Assembly: GCF_000829235.1 (NCBI RefSeq)
Contig: NZ_AP012549.1
Coordinates: 930,001 to 962,000, forward strand
DNA: 32,000 bases
Direction: 5' to 3'
From: a cyanobacterium endosymbiont of Epithemia turgida isolate EtSB Lake Yunoko
GTDB taxonomy: Bacteria; Cyanobacteriota; Cyanobacteriia; Cyanobacteriales; Microcystaceae
The position numbers were made by a program, and so were the translations under genes. The notes under the pieces are model-generated. The model made no database searches. It was not told the DNA's origin and was given only the letters and a program-made list of their open reading frames with translations. Within the stretch, counting starts at the first letter, position 1. The number at the start of each line of letters is the position of its first letter. Shown piece after piece: positions 20,249 to 29,372 of the stretch.

Positions 20249-20902
20249 TTAATAATATAGCCTTGCGGCTAAAGCAATGGCCTGAGGAAAAATAATATGT
20301 TCTTGAACTTGAATGCGAGCTTGTAGTGTTTCTGGGGTATCATTCGGTAAAATAGGAACAGCCGCCTGTGATAATATTAGTCCACTGTCGACTTCTAAAC
20401 TGGCAATGTGAGCCGTGCATCCGGTAATCTTAACACCTGCAGCCAAGGCTTGTTCAACGGCGCGAATTCCTTTAAAACTTGGTAATAAGCTCGGATGAAT
20501 GTTAATGACGTGGTTAGGATAGGCTTGTAATAGAACATGAGTGACAATACGCATCCAACCAGCCATAACGACCCATTCTACCTGATGCTGCTGTAAAGTC
20601 TCAACAATAGCCTGATCCAAGTCTCCCCGTTGCTTAAACTTGCGATGATTGAGTAATACTGTCTGAATTTTTAATCGTTGCGCTCTTTCTTTAACTTTCG
20701 CTCCGGGATTATTATAAATTAATACGGAAATTTCAGCCTTTAGTTTTCCTTCCTGTATTGCTTGGACAATAGCTTCAAAATTTGTCCCACTCCCAGACGC
20801 TAAAATTCCCAATTTTAGGGGATATTCTAACTCAAGTTCTTTAGAAGATAATTGAGGAGAGATGAAGTTAGGAGTCGACTGAGAAGAAGCAGAAAAACTC
20901 AT
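20249..20902 (-). CDS. purN: Phosphoribosylglycinamide formyltransferase
   Basis: 217 aa. Motifs GILASGSGTNFEAI and INIHPSLLPSFKG. Confidence 0.92.
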   Translation of the reverse strand: MSFSASSQSTPNFISPQLSSKELELEYPLKLGILASGSGTNFEAIVQAIQEGKLKAEISVLIYNNPGAKVKERAQRLKIQTVLLNHRKFKQRGDLDQAIVETLQQHQVEWVVMAGWMRIVTHVLLQAYPNHVINIHPSLLPSFKGIRAVEQALAAGVKITGCTAHIASLEVDSGLILSQAAVPILPNDTPETLQARIQVQEHIIFPQAIALAARLYY

Positions 20903-20958
20903 GGATATTCTAGATAGATATTCTAGACAGTAACTAATGTTAAGTATACAGTTAAATT

Positions 20959-22032
20959 TTAATCATTTTCGTATAATTGAAACTGTTTTTTAACCATTGT
21001 TTGGACTTGGTTAATGGTAGGATTTATTTCATAGGTTTGTTGTCGTGAACCTTTTAAATATGCCTGCTGTTCTTGTTCAATCATGGTAATATCTTGTTTG
21101 ACTAGTCCATCTAACATTTTTTGTGCTGATCCAAACAAACTATTTTTAATCCAGCGTCGAAACCAGATCGGTAGTTTATGAAGTCTCCCAAAAGCATCTA
21201 AGGATGTAAAATGAATTAAATAGGCACGAGTATAAGTCTTATTAATAGGACAGAATAAACAATAAATTTTAAAGTTCCTTCCTAGGGTTGACATCCAATG
21301 GGGATAAATATAACTAACTTGTAAAAGTTCAGGATGTAATCGGCGCAAACGAGGAAAAAAAAGTTGAAAAATAGACCATATTTTATCTATCTTATAGTAG
21401 CTTTTGGTTTTATATAGAGCGTCTACTCGTTTGTTATTAGATGAGAGTTTAACTAATTTAGCTGAATTCCAAGCTTGATAGTTTTCATGCAAATGTCCAT
21501 GATACATATCCATTAAATTTTCAATCAAAAATGAGAAATGCCCTCGACATTCAATCGTTGAAATAGTTGCAATATAGTTGAGATGCCCCCATTCAGGAAT
21601 TTCTAACGGTTTATTATAGGTTTCTTGTAATTTCTTCGAGTCTCCTAAAAATATCCAAATAAACCCATCGGACTCGCAAACCGGGTAGGACATAATTTGA
21701 CAGTTAGGTAACTTGTTTTTTTTATTTAAATAGGGGACAAATATACACTTTCCTTCGCGATTAAATCGCCATCCATGATAAGCACATTCTAAGCTATTTC
21801 CAATGATTTTACCACTACTTAGTTTTACTTGACGGTGAGGACAGCTATTTTCAATGGCTTGGACTTCTCTTTGCTCATCTCGATAGAGTACGATAGACTG
21901 ACCCCAGATCATAACTTCTAACAGTTCATCGGTTACCTCTAAACTCTGAGCTACAACATACCAGTGATTAAGATTAATCCCACAGGTACGAACATCAACA
22001 GTGTTGGTGGTGTTGGTTAAAAATTCAGCCAT
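20959..22032 (-). CDS. Rieske [2Fe-2S] non-heme iron oxygenase, alpha-subunit type
   Basis: 357 aa. Rieske motif CPHRQVKLSSGKIIGNSLECAYHGWRF (CxH...CxxH). Mononuclear iron motif ENLMDMYHGHLH. Confidence 0.8.
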   Translation of the reverse strand: MAEFLTNTTNTVDVRTCGINLNHWYVVAQSLEVTDELLEVMIWGQSIVLYRDEQREVQAIENSCPHRQVKLSSGKIIGNSLECAYHGWRFNREGKCIFVPYLNKKNKLPNCQIMSYPVCESDGFIWIFLGDSKKLQETYNKPLEIPEWGHLNYIATISTIECRGHFSFLIENLMDMYHGHLHENYQAWNSAKLVKLSSNNKRVDALYKTKSYYKIDKIWSIFQLFFPRLRRLHPELLQVSYIYPHWMSTLGRNFKIYCLFCPINKTYTRAYLIHFTSLDAFGRLHKLPIWFRRWIKNSLFGSAQKMLDGLVKQDITMIEQEQQAYLKGSRQQTYEINPTINQVQTMVKKQFQLYEND

Positions 22033-22679
22033 TGCCTCATGTGATTTCTAGGCAGTAATTTTTGAGCTAATTTTAAATAACTCGCCTTTAACATAACATT
22101 TAAAAAATATAATGTGAAGTATTAAAAGCATTAATGGATGATCGTTGTAGATGGGAGTCAAGGAAATCATTAAATTTATCTATCAAGTAGTGTGAGGAAC
22201 AGTAAAAAATAGCCCATGAGGATCAATTGAAATGTCAAGTCCTTTGATAATAATAGCTCGAGCCATTATTGTCATCCAGAAGTTAGACTTAACCACTTTT
22301 AAGATGAGTTAACTTTAGAAACTTGGTTATTTTTGTCCGTGGTCCACCACAGCTAATCTAAAATAGAAATAAGTTTTATCTCCTCCCATTGCTAATTATT
22401 AGCTACAGAGATAAGGTAAAATCAAAAATTGCTTCAGATACAATTATTTAGAACAGTTATGAGATTAGCAACTAAAATTGAGGCAATCCAACTTTCGTAG
22501 CCTACACCTTGACAGTTATCATCTAATATTTAATATTAAAAATATCTGCCAATTTTAACAAGACAAATAAATTGTCAAATATCCTCCTTTATTATTACAA
22601 AAAATTAATGAAGCTAGCTTTTAATACTTAAAATTTTGCAAAATATAAAAATGATACTAGTCTGTTTTATCGAATACCT

Positions 22680-23054
22680 GTGACTGACCAGTTTACCCAA
22701 CCTAAAGATGTCATTAGATGGTTGACCTCAACCCTAATAGCTATGGTTGTTATAACCTTTATATTAATAGTAGGTTGGTATTTGCACTAAGTGTTTGAAC
22801 CTTATGTTCAAGAAGTCTTATCTCTTAAAGGAGATATGAACAAGGGACGGGCTATCTTCAAAACCAACTGTGCAGAATGCCATGGCTTACAAGCTGATGG
22901 AAGCGTAGGACCCAGTTTACATCAAGTCCACAGACATAAATTTAAAATAAAGCTGATTCATCAAGTTACCAGTGGCAAAACGCCGCCTATGCCAAAATTT
23001 AAGCCAAGTTTTCAATAAATGGCTGATTTACTTAGTTATTTAGAGTATCTTTAA
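22680..23054 (+). pseudogene. cytM: Membrane-anchored c-type cytochrome (CytM-like) interrupted by two in-frame TAA codons
   Basis: A single frame reads (GTG)TDQFTQPKDVIRWLTSTLIAMVVITFILIVGWYLH-TAA(22788)-VFEPYVQEVL...CAECHG...SGKTPPMPKFKPSFQ-TAA(23016)-MADLLSYLEYL-TAA. The TM anchor, heme site and C-terminal tail are all in phase. Confidence 0.7.
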
Positions 23055-23065
23055 ATTGAAAAATT

Positions 23066-23828
23066 ATGTTTTGGTATGACGAGGAATTGATAGAAACAGA
23101 GACTATTTCTATTAAGGTAACCTAACCTAGTTTAATTTATGGGACAACAGTATTTACAACATTACGTCTCTATCAAAAGTCTCTTGAGCATTGTTTAACC
23201 TAATAGTCTACTCATTGTAATCGACTCGAATACAGCTTAAAAACCTTTGGTTGGACGTGAACTAATTGGCAACAATTACGCCAAGAAGCCGAAATATTAA
23301 TTTACTATTATCCTGTTTTAAGATTAACGATTTTTGCTGATGAGAAAGAATGGATTATGGGACGTTTTTTACCTGAAGATTTAGAACAATCTCAACAACG
23401 AGAAATAAAAGGGTGGATCGCTAACACTAGTTCATATAAACGATCTTTAGCTAATTTAAAAACTGGCAACTATTTAAGAACATTTTTAGCTTTACAAAAA
23501 ATTGATAAATTATGCTTAAAAGAAATAATTTTAGTTAATCACCAAGAAAATTAGTTATAAACTAGTACTAGGAAATCTTTGGAGATATAAACAGGGGGAA
23601 TGGTATATATTCCTTATCGAAGAAGCAATCTTACCAAGAATAGGACAATCACATTTATTATCTCGATTAAATTATCAACAAATTACTATTAATTAAACTC
23701 AATGTAATTTAGATTTTATTGATAGTTTAGAGATCATTGCTTATGGTAACAGGGTGGCTTGTAAGATCATTACTGGTCTAATTAAACTAGAGAGAAACAC
23801 AGTAGCTATTATGGGTTTTAAAATGTAA
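23066..23828 (+). pseudogene. Class IV aminotransferase / aminodeoxychorismate-lyase-like gene, degraded
   Basis: From the ATG at 23066 the frame reads MFWYDEELIETETISIKVT*PSLIYGTTVFTTLRLYQ...GNYLRTFLALQKIDKLCLKEIILVNHQEN*L*TST. In-frame stops lie at 23123, 23201, 23204, 23258, 23552 and 23558. A frameshift near 23600-23620 leads into EEAILPRIGQSHLLSRLNYQQITIN*. ORF 23357-23554 is an internal fragment. Confidence 0.75.
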
Positions 23829-24114
23829 CTTTTATAGTTTTTAGTCTTATAATTCTGTTAGCTAAACTTTTGAATAAGCTGGGATATAGTTGAATACTAT
23901 TGTTCAAATGCTTTTCTATTATAAATAGATTTTAAATAATCTGTTTATGACTAAAATAGTATAAAATAACTAATTCTATACAATAACTAATAAACTTAAG
24001 AAACAACATGAAAAAAATAATTTTTTATAACTATTACTTATCGCTTTCCTATTTACGATTACAATAATTCTATTCCTCATCAAGTGTTATATCCAAGTTT
24101 AATACATATAGAGA

Positions 24115-24147
24115 TAGGAACACAAATCACTTTATATTGTGTTCCTA
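24115..24147 (-). terminator. Terminator-like hairpin 3' of the GT2 gene
   Basis: An 11-bp perfect stem (taggaacacaa / ttgtgttccta) with an 11-nt loop, 32 nt after the stop codon. No strong U-run follows. Confidence 0.35.
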
Positions 24148-24178
24148 ATTAGCCCGAAATACTACCAAACTAATTAAT

Positions 24179-25612
24179 TTAATCAATAGGACTTTCTTCA
24201 GGAGTTCCTTCATGAATTGTCTTAACCCATTTAAGACGTTTAGGAAAAATTGACATTCGAATAGTGACACTAGGAATAATAATAAACCAGTGCATCATAT
24301 AAAAGGTTCCCTTCAAAGATAACCACGTCAACCGAAACACATCTATAGTCCCCAAATTTTTGCTTTTTTCACTGCGACGTAACCCATTAAATACTCCCCA
24401 AGAAGACAAAGATAAAATTAATATGGTTAACGGACTAAAAATTGGTAGGTGATGAAGCATAATTACCATTAAGAAGTCAGGAAATACAGCCATTAAGATC
24501 AAATACTGCATAACAATAAACGATAGCATATCAACCTTTTTCGTCCAGCCAATATGCTCATTAAGAATAAACCGCCAATAATCTAAATATCGTTGATACC
24601 CTCCCTCTCCCCAACGGTTTCGTTGATGCCAAAGAGATGTTACTGTTGTGACTCCTTCCTCTTTCACGGTAGGAGCGGATAAAAAGCCAATTTTCCAATT
24701 ATCCAGATGTAAACGAATAGTTAAATCAAGATCATCTGTAATTGTTTGTTCATTCCATCCCCCGCAACGAGATAAAGCTAAACGCCTGACAAATTGTCCA
24801 TTACCGCGTAATTCTCCAATTCCCCCGAGGGCAACCCGTTGCTCTTGAAAATAGCCATCGAGGGACATCTCTATTCCCTGTCCTTTCGTCCAAAAATTCA
24901 GAGGTGCATTAGCAATATCCTTGCGAACTTGAACTGCTCCTACCGTTTTGTCTTTAAATAAAGGAACTACACAACGTAATAAATCCTGAGAAACCTTAGC
25001 ATCTGCATCAAAAACCGCAATAATATCTCCATGAGTTTGGGATAACGCCTGATTTAATGCTCCTGATTTTCCTCCTCCTCCATTAGCCGGACGACAAATC
25101 ACATTGAGTTGAGAATACTTTTGGGCTAATTGCGCTAAAATTTGGGGAGTATTATCAGTACTGCAATCATCAACTACCCACAAGTTATATTTATCACTGG
25201 GATAATCCAAATTACACAAGGTCGTTATAAGTTGACCAATAACTGCCTCCTCATTTTTAGCCGCCACTAACAAAGAAACTGAAGGAACATGACCATTAGC
25301 AATAACTTCATCAGACAAAGGGCTCGGCACATCCTCCGGTTTAGCGGTTATCAGACGTAACGCTTGAATAAAAAATAACCCTGTTAATACTAAAACTACC
25401 CAAGTTCCCCAATTCACTAAATGAAGAACAATGGTAATACCCCAAACAGCCATAAGGACAAAAGCAGCTTTTTTACGCCGTCCTGATAATCCTTGGAAAA
25501 AATTGTTTCTAAATTTTTCTTCTTCATCCTGGAGATCAGACCATTCCGATAATAATGAACTGAAGGGATCCAAGTTCTGAGCAGCTTCGTCTGACCAATA
25601 ATTATTTTGCAT
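24179..25612 (-). CDS. Membrane-bound family 2 glycosyltransferase; candidate monoglucosyldiacylglycerol synthase (MgdA-type)
   Basis: 477 aa. TM segments flank a GT2 core with VVDDCSTD, FDADA (DXD) and QRNRW (QxxRW). The size and topology match my recollection of Sll1377-type GlcDG synthases. The assignment is tentative. Confidence 0.7.
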   Translation of the reverse strand: MQNNYWSDEAAQNLDPFSSLLSEWSDLQDEEEKFRNNFFQGLSGRRKKAAFVLMAVWGITIVLHLVNWGTWVVLVLTGLFFIQALRLITAKPEDVPSPLSDEVIANGHVPSVSLLVAAKNEEAVIGQLITTLCNLDYPSDKYNLWVVDDCSTDNTPQILAQLAQKYSQLNVICRPANGGGGKSGALNQALSQTHGDIIAVFDADAKVSQDLLRCVVPLFKDKTVGAVQVRKDIANAPLNFWTKGQGIEMSLDGYFQEQRVALGGIGELRGNGQFVRRLALSRCGGWNEQTITDDLDLTIRLHLDNWKIGFLSAPTVKEEGVTTVTSLWHQRNRWGEGGYQRYLDYWRFILNEHIGWTKKVDMLSFIVMQYLILMAVFPDFLMVIMLHHLPIFSPLTILILSLSSWGVFNGLRRSEKSKNLGTIDVFRLTWLSLKGTFYMMHWFIIIPSVTIRMSIFPKRLKWVKTIHEGTPEESPID

Positions 25613-25881
25613 AAATCGATGTTTTGATTAATTCGTTTGCTTTGATGCTAACAACTCCCGTTATTCTCTTTGTTCGTTTGTTGCTGCTCTACACTTTAAG
25701 GTTTTATTCTAGCGGAGAATACAAATTTTGTTTGTTGGTGTTTCTTGAGGTTCATTTCGGTTAAACGTTAAGAATAAAAAGCCATAATGGGGAGGCTATA
25801 CTGATACGTCAGCTACTGTTAAAATAAAAGCGAACTATTCATTATTTTTCACCCATCTTAACAAATAAGTCTAATCATTTT

Positions 25882-27111
25882 ATGCTGAGTGATATTATTA
25901 CGACGATCTCTCTACTGTTAGGTTCAGTCCTCTGGGTAGAAATTGTTCGGGACTGTCATCATACGTTATCCCACCATTGGATTCCTTTATATCGTCTTCA
26001 TGCTTGGCATCATCGTGTATTTCGTCCTGACTTATCCCCCGTAAGTGAGGAAATTTACCGTAAAGCTCATTGGTATAACGATCTCCCAGAAGCATTAGTA
26101 ATGTTAACTCTGAGCCTAATTTTTGGGACGGTATTTTTTTTTGGAAGTCTTCCCTACAGTTGGATGGCGTGGGGAGGGTCAGTTTATGCTTTAACCTTTC
26201 TGATAGGGGCGATTACGCGAGGTGTAGGAGTCCCCTACGCCGATGAATTGACGGATATTACCCACCGCCAAGGAGAATTTGTTACTCTTCCTGGAAAGTG
26301 GTTTGTCAATCGTCCGTACCATTGGCGACACCATTTTGACAATCAAAAGGCTTATTATAGCGGAACACTAACTTTAGTGGATAAACTTATGGGAACCGCA
26401 TTATCTCTGAAAAGAAAAACCGTTGCAGTTACTGGTGCATCAGGAACTTTGGGGCAATCACTCTTAAAACAGCTTTATATTCATGAGGCTATACCGATTG
26501 CTTTTACCTCTAAACATCAGTCTATTTCAATAGAAATTGAAGACAAAAGATTACCGATAAAAACATTAACTTGGCAAGTTGGTAAAGAATTAGAATTAAT
26601 CGATGAGTTAGAATCAGTTGATATATTAATTCTCAATCATGGTATTAATGTTTATAGTGAAAGAACCCCAGAAGCTATTAATAAGTCTTATGAAGTAAAT
26701 ACATTTTCTAGTTTGCGATTAATGGAGTTATTTATTACTACTATTAGAACAAATAAAGATAGGGCTTGTAAGGAAGTTTGGGTTAACACCTCTGAAGCAG
26801 AAGTTAGTCCCGCAGTTAGCCCTCTTTATGAATTAAGTAAACGAGCTTTAGGAGACCTAGTTACTTTACGTCGTTTGGATGCTCCTTGCGTGGTAAGAAA
26901 ATTGGTTTTAGGACCATTTAAAAGTAATCTAAATCCTATTGGATTAATGTCCGGAGATTTGGTTGCTAAGCACATTATGAAAGCAGCAAAAGCCGATAAT
27001 AGGAACATTATCATTACTGTCAACCCTCTCACATTTATTGTGTTTCCTCTCAAAGAGTTTTTTGTTTCCCTATATTTTAAATTATTCAGCAAGAAGGTAA
27101 ATCAAATTTAA
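25882..27111 (+). CDS. Fusion protein: N-terminal fatty-acid-hydroxylase (His-box) domain + C-terminal SDR/Rossmann domain; MgdE-like architecture
   Basis: 409 aa. His boxes HHTLSHH, HAWHHR and HWRHH sit in the membrane half. VTGASGTLGQS (TGxxxGxG) marks the C-terminal half. Proteins like this are commonly annotated 'sterol desaturase/short-chain dehydrogenase'. Confidence 0.7.
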   Translation: MLSDIITTISLLLGSVLWVEIVRDCHHTLSHHWIPLYRLHAWHHRVFRPDLSPVSEEIYRKAHWYNDLPEALVMLTLSLIFGTVFFFGSLPYSWMAWGGSVYALTFLIGAITRGVGVPYADELTDITHRQGEFVTLPGKWFVNRPYHWRHHFDNQKAYYSGTLTLVDKLMGTALSLKRKTVAVTGASGTLGQSLLKQLYIHEAIPIAFTSKHQSISIEIEDKRLPIKTLTWQVGKELELIDELESVDILILNHGINVYSERTPEAINKSYEVNTFSSLRLMELFITTIRTNKDRACKEVWVNTSEAEVSPAVSPLYELSKRALGDLVTLRRLDAPCVVRKLVLGPFKSNLNPIGLMSGDLVAKHIMKAAKADNRNIIITVNPLTFIVFPLKEFFVSLYFKLFSKKVNQI

Positions 27112-27337
27112 AATTTGATAAAAAAAAGAGTAAAATTAGCTATTAATTATAGAGTACTGTAACTGCGCATAAATCACAAGGTATTAAGATTGAATAAAGA
27201 CCCTATCTATCTATTGATAATTACCAATATGTCCTATCCTATATTTAGGAGAATATCTATTTTCATATGGGTAATTAAGTCATTATATTTAACTTGTTTA
27301 TTATGATTATGTACGATTATTTTATTTTTTTAAACTA

Positions 27338-27377
27338 ATACCAAACTAATAAAAGTAAATTTTTATTAGTTTGGTAT
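27338..27377. repeat. Perfect 17-bp AT-rich hairpin (6-nt loop)
   Basis: ataccaaactaataaaa (27338-27354), loop gtaaat, then ttttattagtttggtat (27361-27377). Every pair was checked by hand. Confidence 0.85.
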
Positions 27378-27704
27378 AGATCATCAATGCTCGAGATAAT
27401 TATAAGTATTTTATGTTTATCTAGCTAAGGAAAAAATAATTCTTTATTCTACTTTTGTTCTTCAACAATAGTCCGGTTAAAGTTATAGTAATAGATTGTT
27501 AATATTGAGGATTATTTAAGTTTCTAATAGTCTACTTCTTGTTAAGATTATCAAGGAATATATCCATGTTAGGTTTGGATGAATTTTTACTATTAAAAAT
27601 ATGGTGAAGCTTAAAGTATTAAGATTATAAAGTTAGTTTTAACTAGAATAAAAGTATTTTAATTTTAGCTTTAAACTTCAAAAGAAAGTAGGACTAAATT
27701 ATTA

Positions 27705-28376
27705 ATGACCAATTTTGCGATTAAAGTTAAAGATTTAAGCTTTGGTTGGGATAAAAACTCTTTTGTACTGCAATCATGTTCTCTAGAAGTTCCTGAAGGG
27801 GAGTTTTGGATGTTATTAGGCACTAATGGTAGTGGAAAATCAACCCTCTTACGATTAATGACGCGACTGTTAACTCCCCAAGTTGGAACTATCGCCATGA
27901 GTTCCCCTGTCGGTTTTGTCTTCCAAAACCCTGATCTTCAGTTAGTTATGCCAACTGTTGGGGCTGATATCGCCTTTGGATTAGTTTCTGAAGGTCTATC
28001 CCCTATTGAAGTCCGTAAGCGTGTACAAAAGGCTTTGTCGGCTGTTAACCTTCTAGAATTAGAGCGAAGGCCTATTTATGCTCTTAGTGGAGGTCAAAAA
28101 CAACGTATCGCTATTGCTGGAGCGATCGCTCGTCATTGCCGAGTTCTTCTCCTTGATGAACCTACAGCCCTCCTCGATGTTAATACCCAGTTAGAATTAG
28201 TTATCCAAGTACAACAGTTGGTTAAAAGTCAAGGCATTACCGCTTTATGGGTGACACATCGTTTAGAAGAGTTAAATTATTGTGATGGTGCTTTTTTACT
28301 AGAAAATGGAAAAGTAATAGAAAAAGGAGATCCCAGGCATCTGAAAGTTCGATTGGGTTTAGAAACTTCACCTTAA
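27705..28376 (+). CDS. ABC transporter ATP-binding protein (CbiO/EcfA-like), no adjacent permease
   Basis: 223 aa. Walker A GTNGSGKST, signature LSGGQKQR, Walker B VLLLDEP, H-loop WVTHR. Confidence 0.88.
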   Translation: MTNFAIKVKDLSFGWDKNSFVLQSCSLEVPEGEFWMLLGTNGSGKSTLLRLMTRLLTPQVGTIAMSSPVGFVFQNPDLQLVMPTVGADIAFGLVSEGLSPIEVRKRVQKALSAVNLLELERRPIYALSGGQKQRIAIAGAIARHCRVLLLDEPTALLDVNTQLELVIQVQQLVKSQGITALWVTHRLEELNYCDGAFLLENGKVIEKGDPRHLKVRLGLETSP

Positions 28377-28453
28377 AATAAAAATTTTTTGTTAAAATCT
28401 GGAGATATTTGCATCCAAAATATCTTAAACATATATGACCACGTTTAAAAAAT

Positions 28454-28999
28454 ATGGTTACTCTTTACAATACTTTATTGTTAATCGATGGTTATAACAT
28501 TATCGGGAATTGGACTTCTTTACAACTAACCCGTGATCGTCATGGTTTAGAACCGGCAAGACGAGAACTCGTAGAGGCTCTAGTCAATTATGCAGCCCAC
28601 AGTGGTTATCAAGCCCAAGTCGTTTTTGACTCCCAATATCGCAAAACCCCCAGTTCTTTAGAAAAACATTCCCCCAATTTATCTATACACTTTACTGCTT
28701 GGGCGCAAACAGCTGATACATACATTGAAAAAGTCTGTGCATCTTTTTTTCATAAAACCAGTTTCACTCCACCTCGATTAATCGTTGCTACATCAGATCG
28801 AGATCAACGTTTAACAGTGATAGGATATGGCGCAGAATGGATGTCGGCTCAACATCTAGCTGATGAAATTAATCTATCCACTCATCAAGTTAGACGCAAA
28901 CAACGACCTAGTAAACGTAGTCAGGGTCGTTTTTTATTCAACTGTCTTGACGCTGAATCTCAAGCGCGCCTTGCTCAATGGCAAGAAGGGACAAATTAA
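28454..28999 (+). CDS. NYN-domain (YacP/Rae1-like) predicted ribonuclease
   Basis: 181 aa. N-terminal LLLIDGYNIIGNW and VATSDRDQ motifs are typical of YacP-like PIN/NYN proteins. Confidence 0.75.
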   Translation: MVTLYNTLLLIDGYNIIGNWTSLQLTRDRHGLEPARRELVEALVNYAAHSGYQAQVVFDSQYRKTPSSLEKHSPNLSIHFTAWAQTADTYIEKVCASFFHKTSFTPPRLIVATSDRDQRLTVIGYGAEWMSAQHLADEINLSTHQVRRKQRPSKRSQGRFLFNCLDAESQARLAQWQEGTN

Positions 29000-29111
29000 C
29001 AATAATGACTTCCTTTATCAGGTTTCGGAAATTTATAGACAGATTTTAAAGAACATGTGTATTAAAAAAGATCAGAGTCAGAAATTTCTAGAAAATTAAT
29101 GAGTAATACTA

Positions 29112-29140
29112 TTGACATCAAGAAAGATCATTGCTAAATT
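29112..29140 (+). promoter_or_regulatory. Candidate promoter for tRNA-Glu (TTGACA - 17 nt - TAAATT)
   Basis: Consensus -35 at 29112-29117, a 17-nt spacer, then a -10-like TAAATT at 29135-29140, about 20 nt upstream of the tRNA. Confidence 0.45.
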
Positions 29141-29160
29141 AATATACGTGTAAAAAACAA

Positions 29161-29233
29161 GCCCCCATCGTCTAGTGGCCTAGGACACCTCCCTTTCACG
29201 GAGGCGACAGGGATTCAAATTCCCTTGGGGGTA
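29161..29233 (+). tRNA. tRNA-Glu (anticodon TTC)
   Basis: Acceptor stem GCCCCCA/TGGGGGT. Anticodon stem CCTCC/GGAGG with loop CTTTCAC. T-arm AGGGA-TTCAAAT-TCCCT. Discriminator A. No encoded CCA. Confidence 0.9.
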
Positions 29234-29243
29234 CTTCATTAAC

Positions 29244-29271
29244 AAGAAGTAAAACTTCTATTTTACTTCTT
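29244..29271 (+). terminator. Hairpin immediately 3' of tRNA-Glu
   Basis: An 11-bp perfect stem (aagaagtaaaa / ttttacttctt) with a 6-nt loop, starting 11 nt after the tRNA. Confidence 0.45.
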
Positions 29272-29372
29272 ACTCCCCTCTGTATAACAGAGTCGAATTC
29301 TGGGTTTTCAGAAAGCTTTGTTACAAGTGAAATATTCCGGAAATTTAGAGCTTTTTCCACTTATTGTGGGCT

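Noticed and set aside
22788-23018. In-frame TAA codons in cytM as evidence of stop-codon reassignment or programmed read-through
   Set aside because: Intact genes in the window terminate normally with TAA or TGA (for example queF and pnp with TAA, the kinase with TGA). The neighbouring pseudogene carries all three stop codons in frame. Ordinary nonsense decay is the simpler explanation.
22791-23018. 75-aa ORF as a stand-alone soluble cytochrome c gene
   Set aside because: Its non-ATG start directly follows an in-frame TAA. The upstream TM anchor and downstream tail continue in the same frame. It is best read as the middle fragment of one broken gene.
23357-23554. 65-aa ORF as a small gene
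   Set aside because: It is an internal in-frame segment of the class IV aminotransferase pseudogene.
1845-28863. Short ORFs nested in or antisense to long genes (1845-2036, 2145-2348, 3490-3675, 5423-5683, 6483-6677, 6924-7235, 9905-10144, 12936-13250, 13260-13517, 13431-13628, 14986-15192, 24648-24848, 25898-26095, 26826-27092, 27671-27898, 28863-29099)
   Set aside because: All overlap well-supported longer CDSs in alternative frames. All have low-complexity or implausible sequences and no independent signals.
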